Part shown: piece after piece, positions 31,121 to 47,849 of the stretch
Layout of the letters: every line of letters begins with the position of its first letter
Numbering within the stretch: position 1 is the stretch's first letter
NCBI RefSeq assembly: GCF_009914755.1
Contig: NC_060926.1
DNA: 64,000 bases
Source of the DNA: the human T2T-CHM13v2.0 reference genome, Homo sapiens
Direction: 5' to 3' (one strand)
Translations under genes and position numbers: made by a program
The notes under the pieces: generated by a model
The model's database searches: none
The model's input: the letters and a program-made list of their open reading frames with translations, nothing else
What the model was told of the DNA's origin: nothing

Positions 31121-34100
31121 GCCAAAAAGGATAATATGTGAATCCTGTAGGTTTTCCTATAAAGGAAGAGAGAAATTGGTAATGAAATTGGTGTATGAGC
31201 AGTTTCTCAGTACTAGGGCTGTAAGTTAAAAAAAAAATTCCTTATTTTTTTGTTATTTTTATATTCATTTATTATCCTGTTTTCTTTAGATATAACATAG
31301 ATAAATTTTATTTTTCTTTTGCTTGGATTGTGACTGTAATGACTTTGGAGCTGAGGTACTTGAACTTCATTGTAAAGACAGTCTCAGAAGGATATCTTTC
31401 CACTGACGGGAATGGTACATTGGTTCATCTGTACTCTGAGTTTTATGTCCTATACTATATACTATATACTATATATAACATGTCCTTTATTATAACAGCA
31501 AGAACTTTTGTTGGGCTACTTACTAGCCATGGCCAAATATATGGTGCAAGTAAAGAAAGATGAGGTGTACATTTTATTTTCTGGAATAAACATATTTATC
31601 TAAGAGAAGACCATTAAGACAACTGATTGGTAATTTAATAGGATTCATTCCTGAAGTTGAGTGAAATAACATGTTGAACACCATCAATCAGGCAAATCTT
31701 AGCCAATCCTTTCTTTCTGGATCTATTTTAAGTTATTCTTAGTAATCTACGCTATCTTTCCAGCCTAGCCATTTCTTTGAGGTCTGTTGATAGCATAAAT
31801 TTCCAGTTCACAAGTCTTTTATCAAAACTGAAATAAACACAGACCCATTGTCAGAAGCTACACTCTCTGGCAGCCAGTGTTCTGCAAATAACTGGTACTA
31901 AGCTAGGATTATTGGAGACAATATATTAAATGAAACTAGGAGCTTTGTGAGCCACTTTGAAAAACAGTCTTTCACAATTAAGAAATTTTCTCTAGATTAC
32001 ACCTGCAAAATTCAATATTGATTCTTGTATAAAGCTTCTTGAACCCTTAGCATGGAAGACTCAATACCCGTGGTAGATTATGTATAGTAGCATGGCATGC
32101 ATTATACAATTAATTCAATAATACACATTAATTTGAGGTCAGAAGACATTCATCAGCTAATGCTTTCTTAAATGTGCTGTATAAAGCATGGCCAAAATAA
32201 CTTGAGGATCATTTCTGGAAACAAAAGTATGATTACCATCACATTGTTCCTTTTTAGATAGAAAATGTATTCCTGCATTTAATTATTCATTAAAAATGTG
32301 TGTTTTCTATCTATAAGTCATGGTGGAAGGTAGTAAAGTTACAACTTAAATCTCATTGTCTATTCTTTAGCAGCTCATGTATCTCAGTCACTATATTGTA
32401 CTTACATATTTTAAAAGCATACCACATCCTCCTTCATCATTTATAATAATGTTATTATAAAATATTCCAAAGAGAGTAAAGATACTGGGAATAGCATTGA
32501 ATATGTGTTTAATTAGAAATAATTTCTACACTAAAACAAATAATATTACACATTATTTTTCTAATGAGTTTCAGTTTAAGAAGCTAAAGTTCTTGAAGTC
32601 TGGGAAATAAATGCATTACCCACAGATACGGCTTACTCCTTTCCAATATCCTCAAGGAAAGTCATTTTATTACTTCAGAGGGAAAAGACTCAGCGTAGCT
32701 GTGATGTTGCTTGCTGAAGTCTAAAGCCACCAGATTGAGAAGATGGCCCAAGGAATAAACAGAGCCAAATATCTTGTGGGAAAATAAGAAATAAACTTTG
32801 AATCTGTCCCGGTGAGAGTTTATTTTATTAATGGCTTTGGACCAAAAAGTGAAATGCTGCATTGTATTTTTAATAAACAACTACAAAGTTGCAGAATTCT
32901 TACCCAATGTAGAGATACAAAGTGAATATGGAGTGAGCAGAGATCACCTTAGGGGCAGAATTTCAGGAAATCACTTTTGGATCAAATGGCACTGAGATCC
33001 AGCAATAGAAACAAAGGAATGATACCCTGGAAAGAAGTAAGGGACAAATTGCTATTAACCAGAGGAATGGATGAAAGCCCAAATTTGACATGGGATCCTT
33101 AACTCCATGGTTTATCTTCTGCTCATGCCTTAGTCAACATAACTGGTAATTTCAATAACTGCAAGTCTCCTTTCAATAGTCCATACAAAGAGGAGGTCTT
33201 GGGGTGTACATAATTTTGATTCTTCTTTGAACATGTTTAGATATTTTTCTTTAGAACTATCTAATGTGTATTTTCATACATTAGAAGGTGACATAAGCTG
33301 TTAAGCCAAACAGCTTTCAAGCTAGGCCCCAAAGCATTCTGCTTCTGTATGAATTTTGTTTTAGAGTTCAATTTTTTTTTTCCTAAATTGGCTATATATA
33401 ACTCAAATTCTCTCACTGCTTGGGCAGTTTAGTGTGGAATCCGTGCCAGGTGCCACTGTTGTAGTCCATCCTAGACACCAGAACCTGCTGCAGTCTCATA
33501 AAAAGGAAGGAATGGTTTTGCCTCTCCTCCACCCTATAGCTGCTTTTGAATGGCTCAATAGGTGGTTCCTTAACAGCTTAAATTCCAGCATTACTTCTCA
33601 CTGGTCCCTCTAAAAACCCAATTTAAGAAATATCAATCAGAGATTCAATAAAATTTGACCATGTTAAAGTTGTAGGTTACAAAAGTCTTCTAAAATCAAA
33701 CATTTAAATGAATCCTCAATCATACGTGATCAAGGTATTAGCACTGACTTTACTCTTCTACAGAAGAAGTCATAAATGCAACCAAAAAGATACCTGGATC
33801 ATATAAAGTCATGTAATTAGAGCATGATATTATAGTTTTAAAACATTCCTAAAAACGTTTGTTACACATTATAATGACAATATCCCAAAGCTAGTAGTGG
33901 ATATTCTTGAATTATTTAATGACTGTGTTTTTCTCTGCCACTTTCTCTATAATTTTACAGTAAGTAATTGATTCCTCAGTATCATGTTCTAATGTAGATA
34001 TGAGAAAACTCTGACACAGTGAGCTGAGGTATGATGTAGTTCTCAACAAAGCACTGTTATATGCCACTTGTTTACCAGTATGGGCCAGCATTTCTGGAGG

Positions 34101-34529
34101 GGCATGGTCTAAATCACTTAATCGTCACAAGTACCATATGAGTAGGTGACTTTCTTACCCCCAATTTAAAAAAGACAAGCCATAGACAATTCAGGTAATT
34201 CTGTGGCGAGGCTGGGATTTAACCCCATGAATGATAATCTAGTGGGTGGTATCTAAAATAGAGTATGGCACATGGTGATGTTTAAAAAGATTAAACTCTC
34301 TGAGGATGGAAAATATGATATTCCTAGCAACTAACTCTATACTTCAAAGATAGTCCATGTCTGATTTGTTTTTCCTAAATAAAGGTATGTTTGGTTAAAT
34401 GAATGAATCGAAGTAACTTATTGTCTGCCACACTGGCTATGTATGACATAAGGGATATCTTCCCAATGATGACTGGAGATTAGGCTTGTGTCAACAACTG
34501 GTGTACTCTACAAGGCATGGGTAAATGAT

Positions 34530-34740
34530 TTTATATGTATTTGCGTATATAAGTATATACACACACACACATATATATGAAAAAATATATATGAAATTAC
34601 ATATATACATGTATATATACAAAATTATATATGTGTATATATGAACTATATTTTCATATAAATATGAAATTATGTATGTGTATATATAAATATGAACAAT
34701 TTATATATAGTTCGTATTTCATATTCATATAAATATAAAA
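34530..34740. repeat. AT-rich (TA/CA) low-complexity repeat
   Basis: Direct reading. Confidence 0.85.
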
Positions 34741-35615
34741 TTTCACCATTGTGCTTAATGTATAAGTAATTTCTCCAACGAGAAAAAAAAATGGGATATT
34801 TCTTGCCAGTTGCTTATTATTCTTTTCCCAAGCTGTGAAGGCCAGAAACATGTCATAAACTCTTTGAAGCGATATATTCTTGAGAGGCATTTTGGTTACA
34901 TCTTTAAAGAAGGTATGAGTGTTAGTCCATCAAGAAATCACACTGTACAGTCACAACAGAGTTTCTAGCAATATCAACGTTGTGATAATCATAATGTAAA
35001 AAATTCAGTTACCTTAAGTACCACTCCAAAAAAATCTTTGTAGAAAATATTATGGATAGAACTTCAATGATTACTAATTAAAAAAACTAATCATCTTTCA
35101 TCTTGAATTTTTTTGACCATTGTTGAACATTCTTGAGACACTACAACACGTATTTTCTTTTTTACCATGGTTGAACACTCTTGAGTTGAGATACTGAAAG
35201 ATTCTAAGGCATCTTGCTCCAGACCTTCAGCTATAATACAAATCTTAGGCTTGCTTTACATGAATAATTATGCAGATTCATTTGAATGTCACTGACAGTT
35301 GATGAGCTTCATTCGAATAGGTCAATTAAAAAATTCTTTCTGATTTCAGTATCTGCACAGTACTTGCTGCATTTTTAAATTTATGCAGGGTGATGCTTGA
35401 GCTATGCTAGGTCTAAAAGGTTTCCCTTTTCTACTCTATTTTCCTTCAGTCTCTTTTTCTCCATGCAAGAAGCAGCATAATCCTTCTAAAACAACGTGAA
35501 ATTATTTTACTGCTACAAGGCATATAGTAGCTTCCAAATGTTATCTAGAATAAAAACAAAGTCCTAATCATTATGTCAAGACCCAAGATGGTCTGTCTCC
35601 CAGTCGCCGTTCTGA

Positions 35616-36481
<866 letters not shown>

Positions 36482-37879
36482 TCCCTTGTCCTATTTTCTT
36501 TTGCTTCAAAAAAACCTATAACCATCTGATTAATATATTTAATTCAATATATCATTCGAGTCCCATACTATAATGTGTGCTCCAAAATTAGGGAGATGTG
36601 CACTGATTTATAAGGCCCATAAGAGAGCCTGACACAGGCTCAGTAAGTATTTGTTGAATGAATAAACAATAAATTAATTTTTAACAGCTGTTGTGCAGAT
36701 CTGTAACATTATCTTCTGCGTCTGTGACCATGAATTACCATGGCCACATATTATGGATAGAACATGTGTCCGATGTTACTTCTTTTGTTAATACAATATA
36801 CAGTCATGCATTGTCATTCACCAAGGCTGTTTTAATATTAAATTTGAAACATTCAGGAGTCTTCACAATAAAACTCCACATAAAAGACAAAATTATAATT
36901 TGTCATCTATGGTTTCCACAAAAATTGCCAGGCTCAAATGAATATTAAAACTGCAATCTAAGTAGCAAAGCCTTTTGCAGACGGCTGTTCTTTTTATGAA
37001 ATTTAAATCTTGGAACAATGACTGATAGTATAAAGGGAAATTAGCTTTACCCAAGGTTTCACAAGTTCATCAAAAGCTTTATTCTTTAATAATCAATAGC
37101 AATGAGTAAGGGTTCTTACTGTGGGGAAAGTCTAAATCAACATATTTTTAGAATAACAAGGTTTTACTTTTAGTTTCATTATGAGTGTCTTTATAATAGA
37201 ATATAACTCTTTTAGCATCTGATTGCCAAGGGATAAGCTTACTGAAATTAAGATTTCTAAAGTTTTCCAAAATAGGCATTAAGCTCTCTTACCACCTTGA
37301 TAATATCACAGCTGGAACTTGTGACTTTCTCTCTTGAGACTATTTTAAGGATCTTCAAATATACCTTCCTAAAATCCTACACTGTGTCCCGTGTTTTACT
37401 AAACGTTATGCTCTGTGAGGGAAGGCACCTTCAGTGTCCTGTTCTGCACTAAATTTCCAGTGCCAAGCATGGTGCCTATGTAGTGAGGTGAGGCATAAAA
37501 TATTAACACATCTTTATTTCCTGGTAAGTGACTTTTTTCTGTTTGTCAAAGGCATGCATATGACCATATAGAGAATAAAGATATTTATTGAGAGAAACAG
37601 TTAATACTTTGTTTTTACTTTTAAAAATAGGCTCTGGAATCTAAAAATGAAAATAATATTTCTAAAGGCCAAACCTAAGACTGGATAAAACAGGCTTATT
37701 TAAGGGGAAACAAAAAATCATTCAAGAATCCAGAACAATGTAGCAAATTACAAATGTATCAGAACAATAGAATTGGAAGAAAACTGAAGATGATCTAGAT
37801 TAGCCAAAATCCTCACAGATACTCAGATAACCATTGATGATTCTGACAAGGGAGGTGAGTGACCTGGACCTTCATAGAG

Positions 37880-38197
37880 GTTTCTGGGGCTGGTGATAAG
37901 GGCTGTGCATCTCAGTGGGCCAGAGTTATCATTGAGAATCTGCCCCACTCTTCTTTCCCATTTGTTGTCAGTGCCAAATTGCCAGTGCCAAATTGCTAAC
38001 TGAAGACAGAGTTCACATCTGCAGACATTCCCTAACTATTCAAGGGAGGGTTCCACTTAGCCTGTGCAGAGGAGCTACTTCATCTGTTCAGCTCATTCCA
38101 CCGCTACACGCCTATGCTTCATCCAGAAAACTTCGAGTGCGTCTCCTGAGATTTTGGTGAGCCCCATCTGAACTTCGTGCACGAGCATCTAACTACA
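37880..38197 (-). mobile_element. Possible old ERVL-type LTR fragment (LTR33/LTR16-like)
   Basis: Reverse strand begins tgtagttagatgctcgtgcacgaagttcagatggggc; GC-richer island; family uncertain. Confidence 0.4.
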
Positions 38198-38359
38198 ATG
38201 TCCCAATATACTTTTAGGTTCCAAAGTAAATAAAGATGGGGTCCTGGTGTTCATATGGGTTATGATAATGTGGGAGAGAAACCTGAATTATCAGCACCTA
38301 CTGAGATGAAAGAGTGATAAAATGTACCCCAGTACACCTCACATAGGAAGGGACTAAGA

Positions 38360-38861
<502 letters not shown>

Positions 38862-40182
38862 TTACCTCAATTTCAAAGAATAAATTTCAGATTTAATTAA
38901 AGCCTATCATTCAGCTATACTTTACAATTCTGATTATAAAATAAATGAAATTGTTCCCTTTTTTCTTAAATACAGAAAAAAAAATGTATATATACCCAGG
39001 ACGCCTTTCCTTAATGTTGTTCTTATAACGAGTTAACATCATAAACTTTTTCCTCTTTGAGTGGTTTTTTTCAATAGCTGTTACTATTCAGAAGACAACC
39101 ATATCACAAAATTTGCTTTCTGTCTACACTTCATTGTTTATATTTCCATCAATAAAAAAGATGTATTGATCACTGCCTCTTCAGAAGGTACTAGGAAAGA
39201 CATCGAAAAAAATCTTGTTTTGAAAAATAGAATAAACAAGCTGTTTAAAAGTTGATTTTATTCTTATAATGAGTAACATTTAAATGACAGAACAAGAATG
39301 TAATCTGATTGTTGGCAGTTGCTACATTAATTATATGATCACCATTAAAATGTGAATTTTAAAAATATAATGGCAAGCTGATGTGAACAAAGGTAACCCA
39401 CTGAGGCCTTAGAAACTCTCCTGTTTGTTTAAAATGGAAAACAAAATAATTTGCTTGTATTTTGTGTAAAATGTAGCAGCCTTGGAGTTTTATCCCCTCA
39501 AAAGAAAGTCATCAAAATCAAACAATTTTGTTACCTACTTATTAAACTTGAATGTACGTAATCACTATTTCAATGGTGCAATGTTCATGCATATTGAGTA
39601 CATTCAAACATAACATACTGTGTGTTCCATTTTTCTCCAATCTAGTAACCTTGAGAGTATGAATCATATTTGCTCAATAGCTTTATATTACATCTCAGAG
39701 AAAACAGTAGGAAAGGTGGGGGGTGGACGATATATGTCCAAAATAATGTTGAAAATTCTGTACACATTTTTCAAAGGACTTGTATTTAGTAGAGTGCATT
39801 GAATCTTGAACATCTCAGCAACTTTTTCTCGTTACTCTAGTAACATTTGTAAACTCATTTTGCAGCTTTGCTCTTTTTCCCTCTGCGTGCTGATTCCCCA
39901 GCTGTTTGGTCTGCTGCTATTACTTATTTCAAAGGCATTTGAGCCTTCTTAAAGAGACAGCAACAGTCACAGAACTGAGTGGCAGGGTCCTGCTGTACAC
40001 ACTTGATTATATAATCAGCCAGTAGCTTACATTGTTATAAATGTATATCTATTAATATGAATATGTAAGAAGATATATATTGTCCTTATATTGGACAGAT
40101 ACAAGAGTATCAAAATTAAAGCTATTCTTATGGCTTTATGTTAATATTTGATTCTCAATAGGACACATAATAGCATCAATCA

Positions 40183-40512
40183 TTTCTTTCTTTCTTTTTT
40201 CTTTTTTTTTTTTTTTTGAGACAGTGTCTTCCTCTGTCACCTAGGCCAGAGGGAGTGGCACTATGTTCATTCACTGTAGCCTCAACCTCCTGGGCTCACA
40301 CAATCCTCCCACCTCAGTCTCCCAAGTTGCTAGACTATAGACACGTGTCACCATGCCTGGCTAATTTTTGCATTTCTTTTATTTTTTATTTTTGTAGAAA
40401 CTGGTTCTCATTATGCTGCCCAGGCAGGTCTCAAATTCCTGGGCTCAATCCATCTGCCCACTTCAGCCTCCCAAAAAGCTGGGATTACAGGTATGAGCCA
40501 CCATGCCCAGCC
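40183..40512 (-). mobile_element. AluJ
   Basis: J diagnostics cactgtagcctcaacctcctgggctca..atcctcccacctcag. Confidence 0.92.
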
Positions 40513-41274
40513 TATTTAATTTTTAACAAACATAGGACTACATGGTGCAAACTTCGCTGTCCTGGTATATGACCCCATGCTCTTTGCCACAGTGAAATGG
40601 GTGCGTGAGTATTTACAGAGATGTTAAAGCAATCGATCAGTACAAGTACTCCTTATTCATTGGCCTTAGTATTTGTTTTCTAATCTAAATATATATTATT
40701 TTTTCTAATCTGAGTACATACATTCTTTGCATTTTTTGATTTAAAAAATCTAAAATATTAATGAATTGTTCAAGCCATTAAACATAAAATCTTCCTCTTA
40801 ACTACCTCTCGGATTTCCACTTTTTCTAATTATATAGATTATTTTATGTGTAGCCATTATTTCTACCCAGGTCAGTTTTCACAGGTCACAATTTGCAGAC
40901 CTTATTTTAATCAGGAAGCCTTTTTTCGGTCTAATTTGGATTTTACCATTTGCAGTTTTCTTCAATGCCCATTTCATTTTGTTCTGATTGTGCCTCTGAC
41001 ATAAAATGTTTTGAAGGTCAATATTTACAACATTCAGTGATATTAACAATATGTAATTCTTACAGTGAGGTTTATAAATGTATATTTATTATATATGAAT
41101 ATGTAAGAAGAATCCTGTCACTTTTACTTAATTATAGCATAGTGCTGACTATATAATGAGCTTTCCACTTGACTAAAATGATTGTTACCATTAGACATGA
41201 AGTTTATTAACTTCTTGTCTGTTCACTTCAGATTTTTTAATGTATTCAATTGCCCTTCTACTGTCTCTGAGTAA

Positions 41275-41637
<363 letters not shown>

Positions 41638-42149
41638 TTGCCAATATTCTTGATTTCAAAATTCCTTACCATTTTCAGGACATTCATCAATCATTTGTCC
41701 TAATTATTGAAACCTAGTAAAATTCTGCTATTATTTTTCCTACTCCTTATTATAGTTTCTTGTATTATGTACCTTATTGTATACTATTTATAATTATATA
41801 AATTTTAGAGTTTAGATAGACTCCAATCAGTCATTAAAGTTCTGTCTGCTATGTAATAATTCCTAATTTCTTTATACAACGCTCAAAACTCAGTTCTCGT
41901 AATTTCATACCCTAAACATGCCAACAGAGAAATCAACTCCTCCTTTATGTCAGCTCCACTGATTTTGAAGCTATCTCTCATCCATTAATTGTTTCTTTTC
42001 CCCCCAGATAGTTCTCACAGGACAGGGATTTAAGCTCATCATGATAATCCTTCTAGGAAAGTGCTTGGGTCTGTGACAATCCATTAAAAACCTGGCAGGT
42101 AGACCTGATCACCGCATGTTTGAACATTAAAGAGAGAAGTTATATTTAG

Positions 42150-42365
42150 AGTTCTTACGATTGCATAGCAATGGTATGGTGGTATGTAGATCATTTCCCA
42201 TCCTCCTAATTTCATGTTGTACTAGGTACTATTAACTTAGTGGGTGAAAAAATTGAAGGTCAGGGAGTTAAATGACTTTTCTAAGATAACACACTTGGCA
42301 AAACCCAGATTCAAAGTGAGCTCTCTTTGATGCCAGTCTATGCACTTTTTTATATCCAGCTGCCT
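42150..42365 (-). mobile_element. MIR
   Basis: gaaaaaattgaaggtcagggagttaaatgacttttctaagataacac..ccagattcaaa. Confidence 0.65.
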
Positions 42366-43247
42366 CCTCTACTCCAGGCTCAGTTCTTCTATAAATAAAG
42401 TACACATATAGCATTCATATTTTTTAATGTTAGTTATCTTTTAAACATAAACTGTTAGCTTTTTAAGGTTGAAATAAAAGCAACTATTTCTCTTTGAGTA
42501 TTTTATATAATCTAGATCTCAATATTGTTTTATTTTTAAAACAAAATGAAAGTTTTCAGCATCATTCCTAGATATATATATAAATGTATATGAGCAAATA
42601 CATACATATGTGATATGTGATATATATCTGTATAGATGTATGTAATAGACATATGTACTTTTTCAGGTATGAAACATACCTATACACATATATATGTACA
42701 TATGTATGTGTTCATATTGTATATCATATATATAAACATATAGATTGAAATATTACTTTCTCAATGTTTCTTGATATTTTCTAGACAAATGAAAGGATTC
42801 AATCAAATTTATACTCTAGAGAAATATAATCTGGGATTTTGAACACTAATGGGAAGATGTTTCACAATTAAATGAAATAATTCCCTAGTTTTTCTCCGCA
42901 TTTAAATGCAGTATTCTGAAGTAATAAATCAAAACATACCATATTCATCAACAGTGTGCAAAGTTATTTTTTAAATCTGCCTTTAAATGCTTTTTTAAAA
43001 AAACTTGAAATCTTAATGTCTCAATAATGTTTTAAAAATTATATTTTTAATTAAACACCCACATATATACACAGGAGTTCTGCAATAAATAGTCTTTCCA
43101 ACCCTTTATGCTTTACATCATCAGTGAACCATTGCACTGCACTTCAAATTGTCTTATTTTTTATATATTTTAATAACATCTATGTGTCAGAGTTTCCCAT
43201 TTATTTACTTATTCAATAAATAATTATTGAGTGTTTACCATACATAA

Positions 43248-43372
43248 ATTGACATGTAATTTATCATCCAAATCAAGACATTTTTGAGAGTGAAGACGGT
43301 GTTATTAACAATCATCAGATCAGCAGGCATGAAACAGGGCTATCCTGGGCACCTGGGGAATATGGGCATTCA
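43248..43372. mobile_element. MER81-like hAT-Blackjack MITE
   Basis: taatttatcatccaaatcaagacatttttgagagtgaa matches recalled MER81 consensus. Confidence 0.7.
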
Positions 43373-43488
43373 GTCTAACCATGCACTGGGCACAAGTCAG
43401 ATGTGGTTCCTGCCCCCATGAACTATTTAGTCTACTGGACAAATTAGACTACAAAGAAGAAAATACTTTTTAAAAAATTATGCATTTT

Positions 43489-44241
43489 TGCTCATCATCA
43501 CAGGCCATCAGAGAAATGCAAATCAAAACCACAATGAGATACCATCTCACACCAGTTAGAATGGCGATCATTAAAAATTCAGGAAACAACAGGTGCTGGA
43601 GAGGATGTATAGAAATAGGAACACTTTTACACTGTTGGTGGGACTGTAAACTAGTTCAACCATTGTGGAAGACAGTGTGGCGATTCCTCAAGGATCTAGA
43701 GCTAGAAATACCATTTGACCCAGTGATCTCATTACTGGGCATATACCCAAAGGATTATAAATCATGCTGCTATAAAGACATGTGCACATGTATGTTTATT
43801 GCAGCACTATTTACAATAGCAGAGACTTGGAACCAACCCAAATGTCCATCAGTGATAGACTGGATTAAGAAAATGTGGCACATATATACCATGGAATACT
43901 ATGCAGCCATAGAAAAGGATGAGTTCACGTCCTTTGTAGGGACATGGATGAAGCTAGAAACCATCAATCTGAGCAAACTATTGCAAGGACAGAAAACCAA
44001 ACACCACATGTTCTCACTCATATGTGGGAAGTGAACAATGAGAACACTTGGACACAGGGTGGGGAACGTCACACACCGGGGCCTGTGGTGGGGTGGGGGA
44101 GTGGGGAGGGATAGCATTAGGAGAAATACCTAATGTAGATGACGAGTTAATGGGTGCAGCACACCAATATGGCACATGTATATGTATGTAACAAACCTGT
44201 ACATTGTGCACATGTACCCTAGAACTTAAAGTATAATAAAA
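43489..44241 (+). mobile_element. 5'-truncated L1PA (approx. PA4-PA6): ORF2 C-terminus and 3' UTR
   Basis: ORF 43480-44034 is L1 ORF2p C-terminus ([32 protein letters not shown]); TSD aaaaaattatgcatt / aaaaaattacacatt consistent with opposite-strand decay of one CpG. Confidence 0.96.
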
Positions 44242-45964
44242 AAAAATTACACATTGTTCTAAGTGTCGTTAATGAAATAAACATGGTACTGAGTTGTGAA
44301 ATACTGTGGAGAATGTGAGGAGGGGTGGGGTGATCAGATCATTCTGTAGAAGTAATGTTTACACTGAGATATAAAGGATAAGAAAAATGTTGATAAGTAG
44401 GAATAGAGGGTGGGGCCGGGTTCAGGGGTAATCTCTGGAAAAGATCTTTCCAGGTACAGGAAATGAAACATGCCACAGTCTGAAGTAAGATAGCTTGAAG
44501 AATGGAAAGAAAGCCAGTGGGCTTCAAGTCTCAAGAACTGCACAGGAATGGTGTGAGATCCCAGGAGCCAGATGATGCAAGGTCCTTAGAGACAGAATAC
44601 GACATATAACTTTAAATTTAATTGTAATGTGGAGCCTTTAAGCAGAAAAGTGGCATAACCCCTCACATAATATCACTCTGACTGTTGTATGAAACACAAT
44701 TTATAGAGTTAGAGATAGGAGCTGGAGAATGTAGATTATGATTAATGGCCAAAGAAGCATCCTGGTAGTGGGGTGGGAGAGAAACAAACTAACCCAAAAT
44801 ATATTTTGGGGGTAGAACTGATCAGGTTATATCTCTAGACTTTGACCTCCTCAACCCTTTGTAATTCAGGCCAATATTTAAAAGTATCTTTTAAATATCT
44901 TTAGTACAGGTGTTTTCTAGGTACATAAAATTCAATCCAGCCAACACTACATATGAGATAACATTCACAATACTGTTTGTCTTCTGGCATTCTCTATCCT
45001 GGTAGTGATTTCCTACCTAATTCAAGGTGGAAATAAGAGTTACATAAAATATCCCCTTCCTCCACTTACTACAGTCAAATGGCCATCAATTTCTGTCCAT
45101 TTCATTCTCTAAAGCTCTGAAATACAGACTTCTCTCTGTTCTTCATCCCTAGCACTATTATGCTTTATCTGGATAGTGGCAATCATATCCTACAAATAGC
45201 ACTTTCAAGGGGAAAAAAAAAGTTGAAGTGTTCATTCAATCCCATATTCTCTCCAAATTGTCCCCAGACTACATGCTACTGAATGGAAGAATTGGGGCTG
45301 ATTCTGTAGTTGAAAGATCTAGGAAATCATAGTTTCTTTTCTCTCAACAGCTCAGGACAATTGCTTTAGAGCTTTGATAAAAGACAAGTATCCACTGCTA
45401 AAGTTTGCTTCTTTGATTTTCCTCTTTGTTATATGATAATGCCATAACACTTAGCTTTAAACCACATAGTTTGGATGCTTGCCTGTAGTATCAGAATCAC
45501 ATTGGTTCCTCCTCACCAGATCCCGTGAATCTACCAAACTATAAGAATTAGGACTCACCAATAAAGACAATAGCAAAAGCTATATGTATTTATCTCTCAA
45601 CCAGTTTTACATTTTTTGACTCCTTAAGAAGACAGTATAATACACCTGGATGGTTATAGTTTGGCAATAAATATTAGGTATATTTGTGCTAATGTATCCA
45701 TACTATATTTTTGTGGTAAAAATATAAATCCTTGAAACATGTCATTCAATTTACTCTATCAACTTTAATGAAGCTAATATAACTGAAGCACTTGTAAACA
45801 AAGTTTAAATTTTCTCTATTTTGAGAAATATTTACTTTTATATTCAACTTCTGATCATAAAGAAATATATATTCTAAAAGTAAGCTACACGAAAGAGACA
45901 ATTTTTCTTAGTGCAAATATAAAGTTTTCCCAAAATAATGTATTGGCAAACAAAGGTTTTTTAA

Positions 45965-46456
<492 letters not shown>

Positions 46457-46976
46457 TAAAGATTGGCCTGCTGAGGAACTTTATTTAAATGGGAGCTGAT
46501 GAAAATCCCTAGTGAAGTGTCTCCCACTGAAACAACTTAAAAATCTCAGGGGAAGTACAAAGTGAAAATTCTTGCCACCACTAAATTCTAGTAATATTGG
46601 AAAACTTGCTCCCAATAGTGAGAGAGATTTCCCCTCGAAAGTAATTACAAGGTTAATAGATCTAGACTAAAAAACACAACAAGCAGTGAGCCTCTTTAGC
46701 CAGGGCAACTCTAATAGAATAAACATGTTAAAGTGAAAGATGGCATGTATTGTTTTCTTAACCCCATGTCTCTTAGCTAGTTTCCAAATAGTAAATCCAT
46801 ATTAACAGCTAGTCATCAGTTAGTCATCCTTAAGTACATGTACAAGTATCACTCTGAAAAGAGCACCTTAATTCTCTTTTCTTCCGAATGGCCTTTAACA
46901 GTTCTTTTTCTTCAAACATTCCAGGAAACACCAGAACCATCTGGCAGTAAGTTTGGGAGATAAGAACGGGCAGAGA

Positions 46977-47337
46977 AGTTCATGTCCTTTGTAGGGACAT
47001 GGATGAAATTGGAAATCATCATTCTCAGTAAACTATCGCAAGAACAAAAAACCAAACACCGCATATTCTCACTCATAGGTGGGAATTGAACAATGAGATC
47101 ACATGGACACAGGGAGGGGAATATCACACTCTGGGGACTGTTGTGGGGTGGGGGGAGGGGGGAGGGATAGCATCGGGAGATATACCTAATGCTAGATGAC
47201 GAGTTAGTGGGTGCAGCGCACCAGCATGGCACATGTATACATATGTAACTAACCTGCACATTGTGCACATGTACCCTAAAACTTAAAGTATAATTAAAAA
47301 AAAACACATACAAAAATTAAAAAAAAAAAAAAAAAAA
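46977..47337 (+). mobile_element. Short 5'-truncated L1PA2-like 3' end
   Basis: gagatcacatgg and gatgacgagttagtggg (GAG, not the ACA/ACG of L1HS); poly-A; TSD aagaa(c/t)gggcaga. Confidence 0.92.
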
Positions 47338-47849
47338 GAATGGGCAGAAGTTCATCTTATGTAGGGAGATGCAGTTACCCAAAAAGTGAATAGGTAGAGG
47401 GAAGAAAGCAAAGAGAGAATTGTAGTTCAGTGTATATTTCACAAAACTAAAATGTCATCGAACCAGATTTTAGGAGAAAATACCACATGACCTAGAATAG
47501 TTGCAGTAGATGAGGGAGTCATGAACACTGAGTATTAGATTAGGAGACATATACATCACACCACTTCTGAGCTGAAGATTGGAGGAAGCCATTTCGAGTG
47601 GAATGAACAGCAAATGATATACTTTGATTATTGTCAAACAGGTTTGCCTTCCAGGGTAGAAATAACACTGGAAAATAGATAACATGGTTCTAACATATTA
47701 CCTTCAGAAAAAGGGAAAATGAACTTCATTCTAAAGGCTTAGGAAAACAATATGTTTCTTGAATATGGGTAAGCACAAGAGAATATATTAGAAAATTGCC
47801 TGATATTTAAAGTTCATAGAACAAAAAAAATGTAAGTTTAAGAGATTTT

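Larger units (their letters stand above)
43200..44830 (-). mobile_element. L2 relic interrupted by MER81 and a young L1
   Basis: attcaataaataattattgagtg L2 3' end on minus strand; L2-like sequence resumes after 44250. Confidence 0.6.

Noticed and set aside
43480-44034. 184-aa ORF, the longest in the window
   Set aside because: It is the C-terminus of L1 ORF2p in a 5'-truncated L1PA copy, not a host gene.
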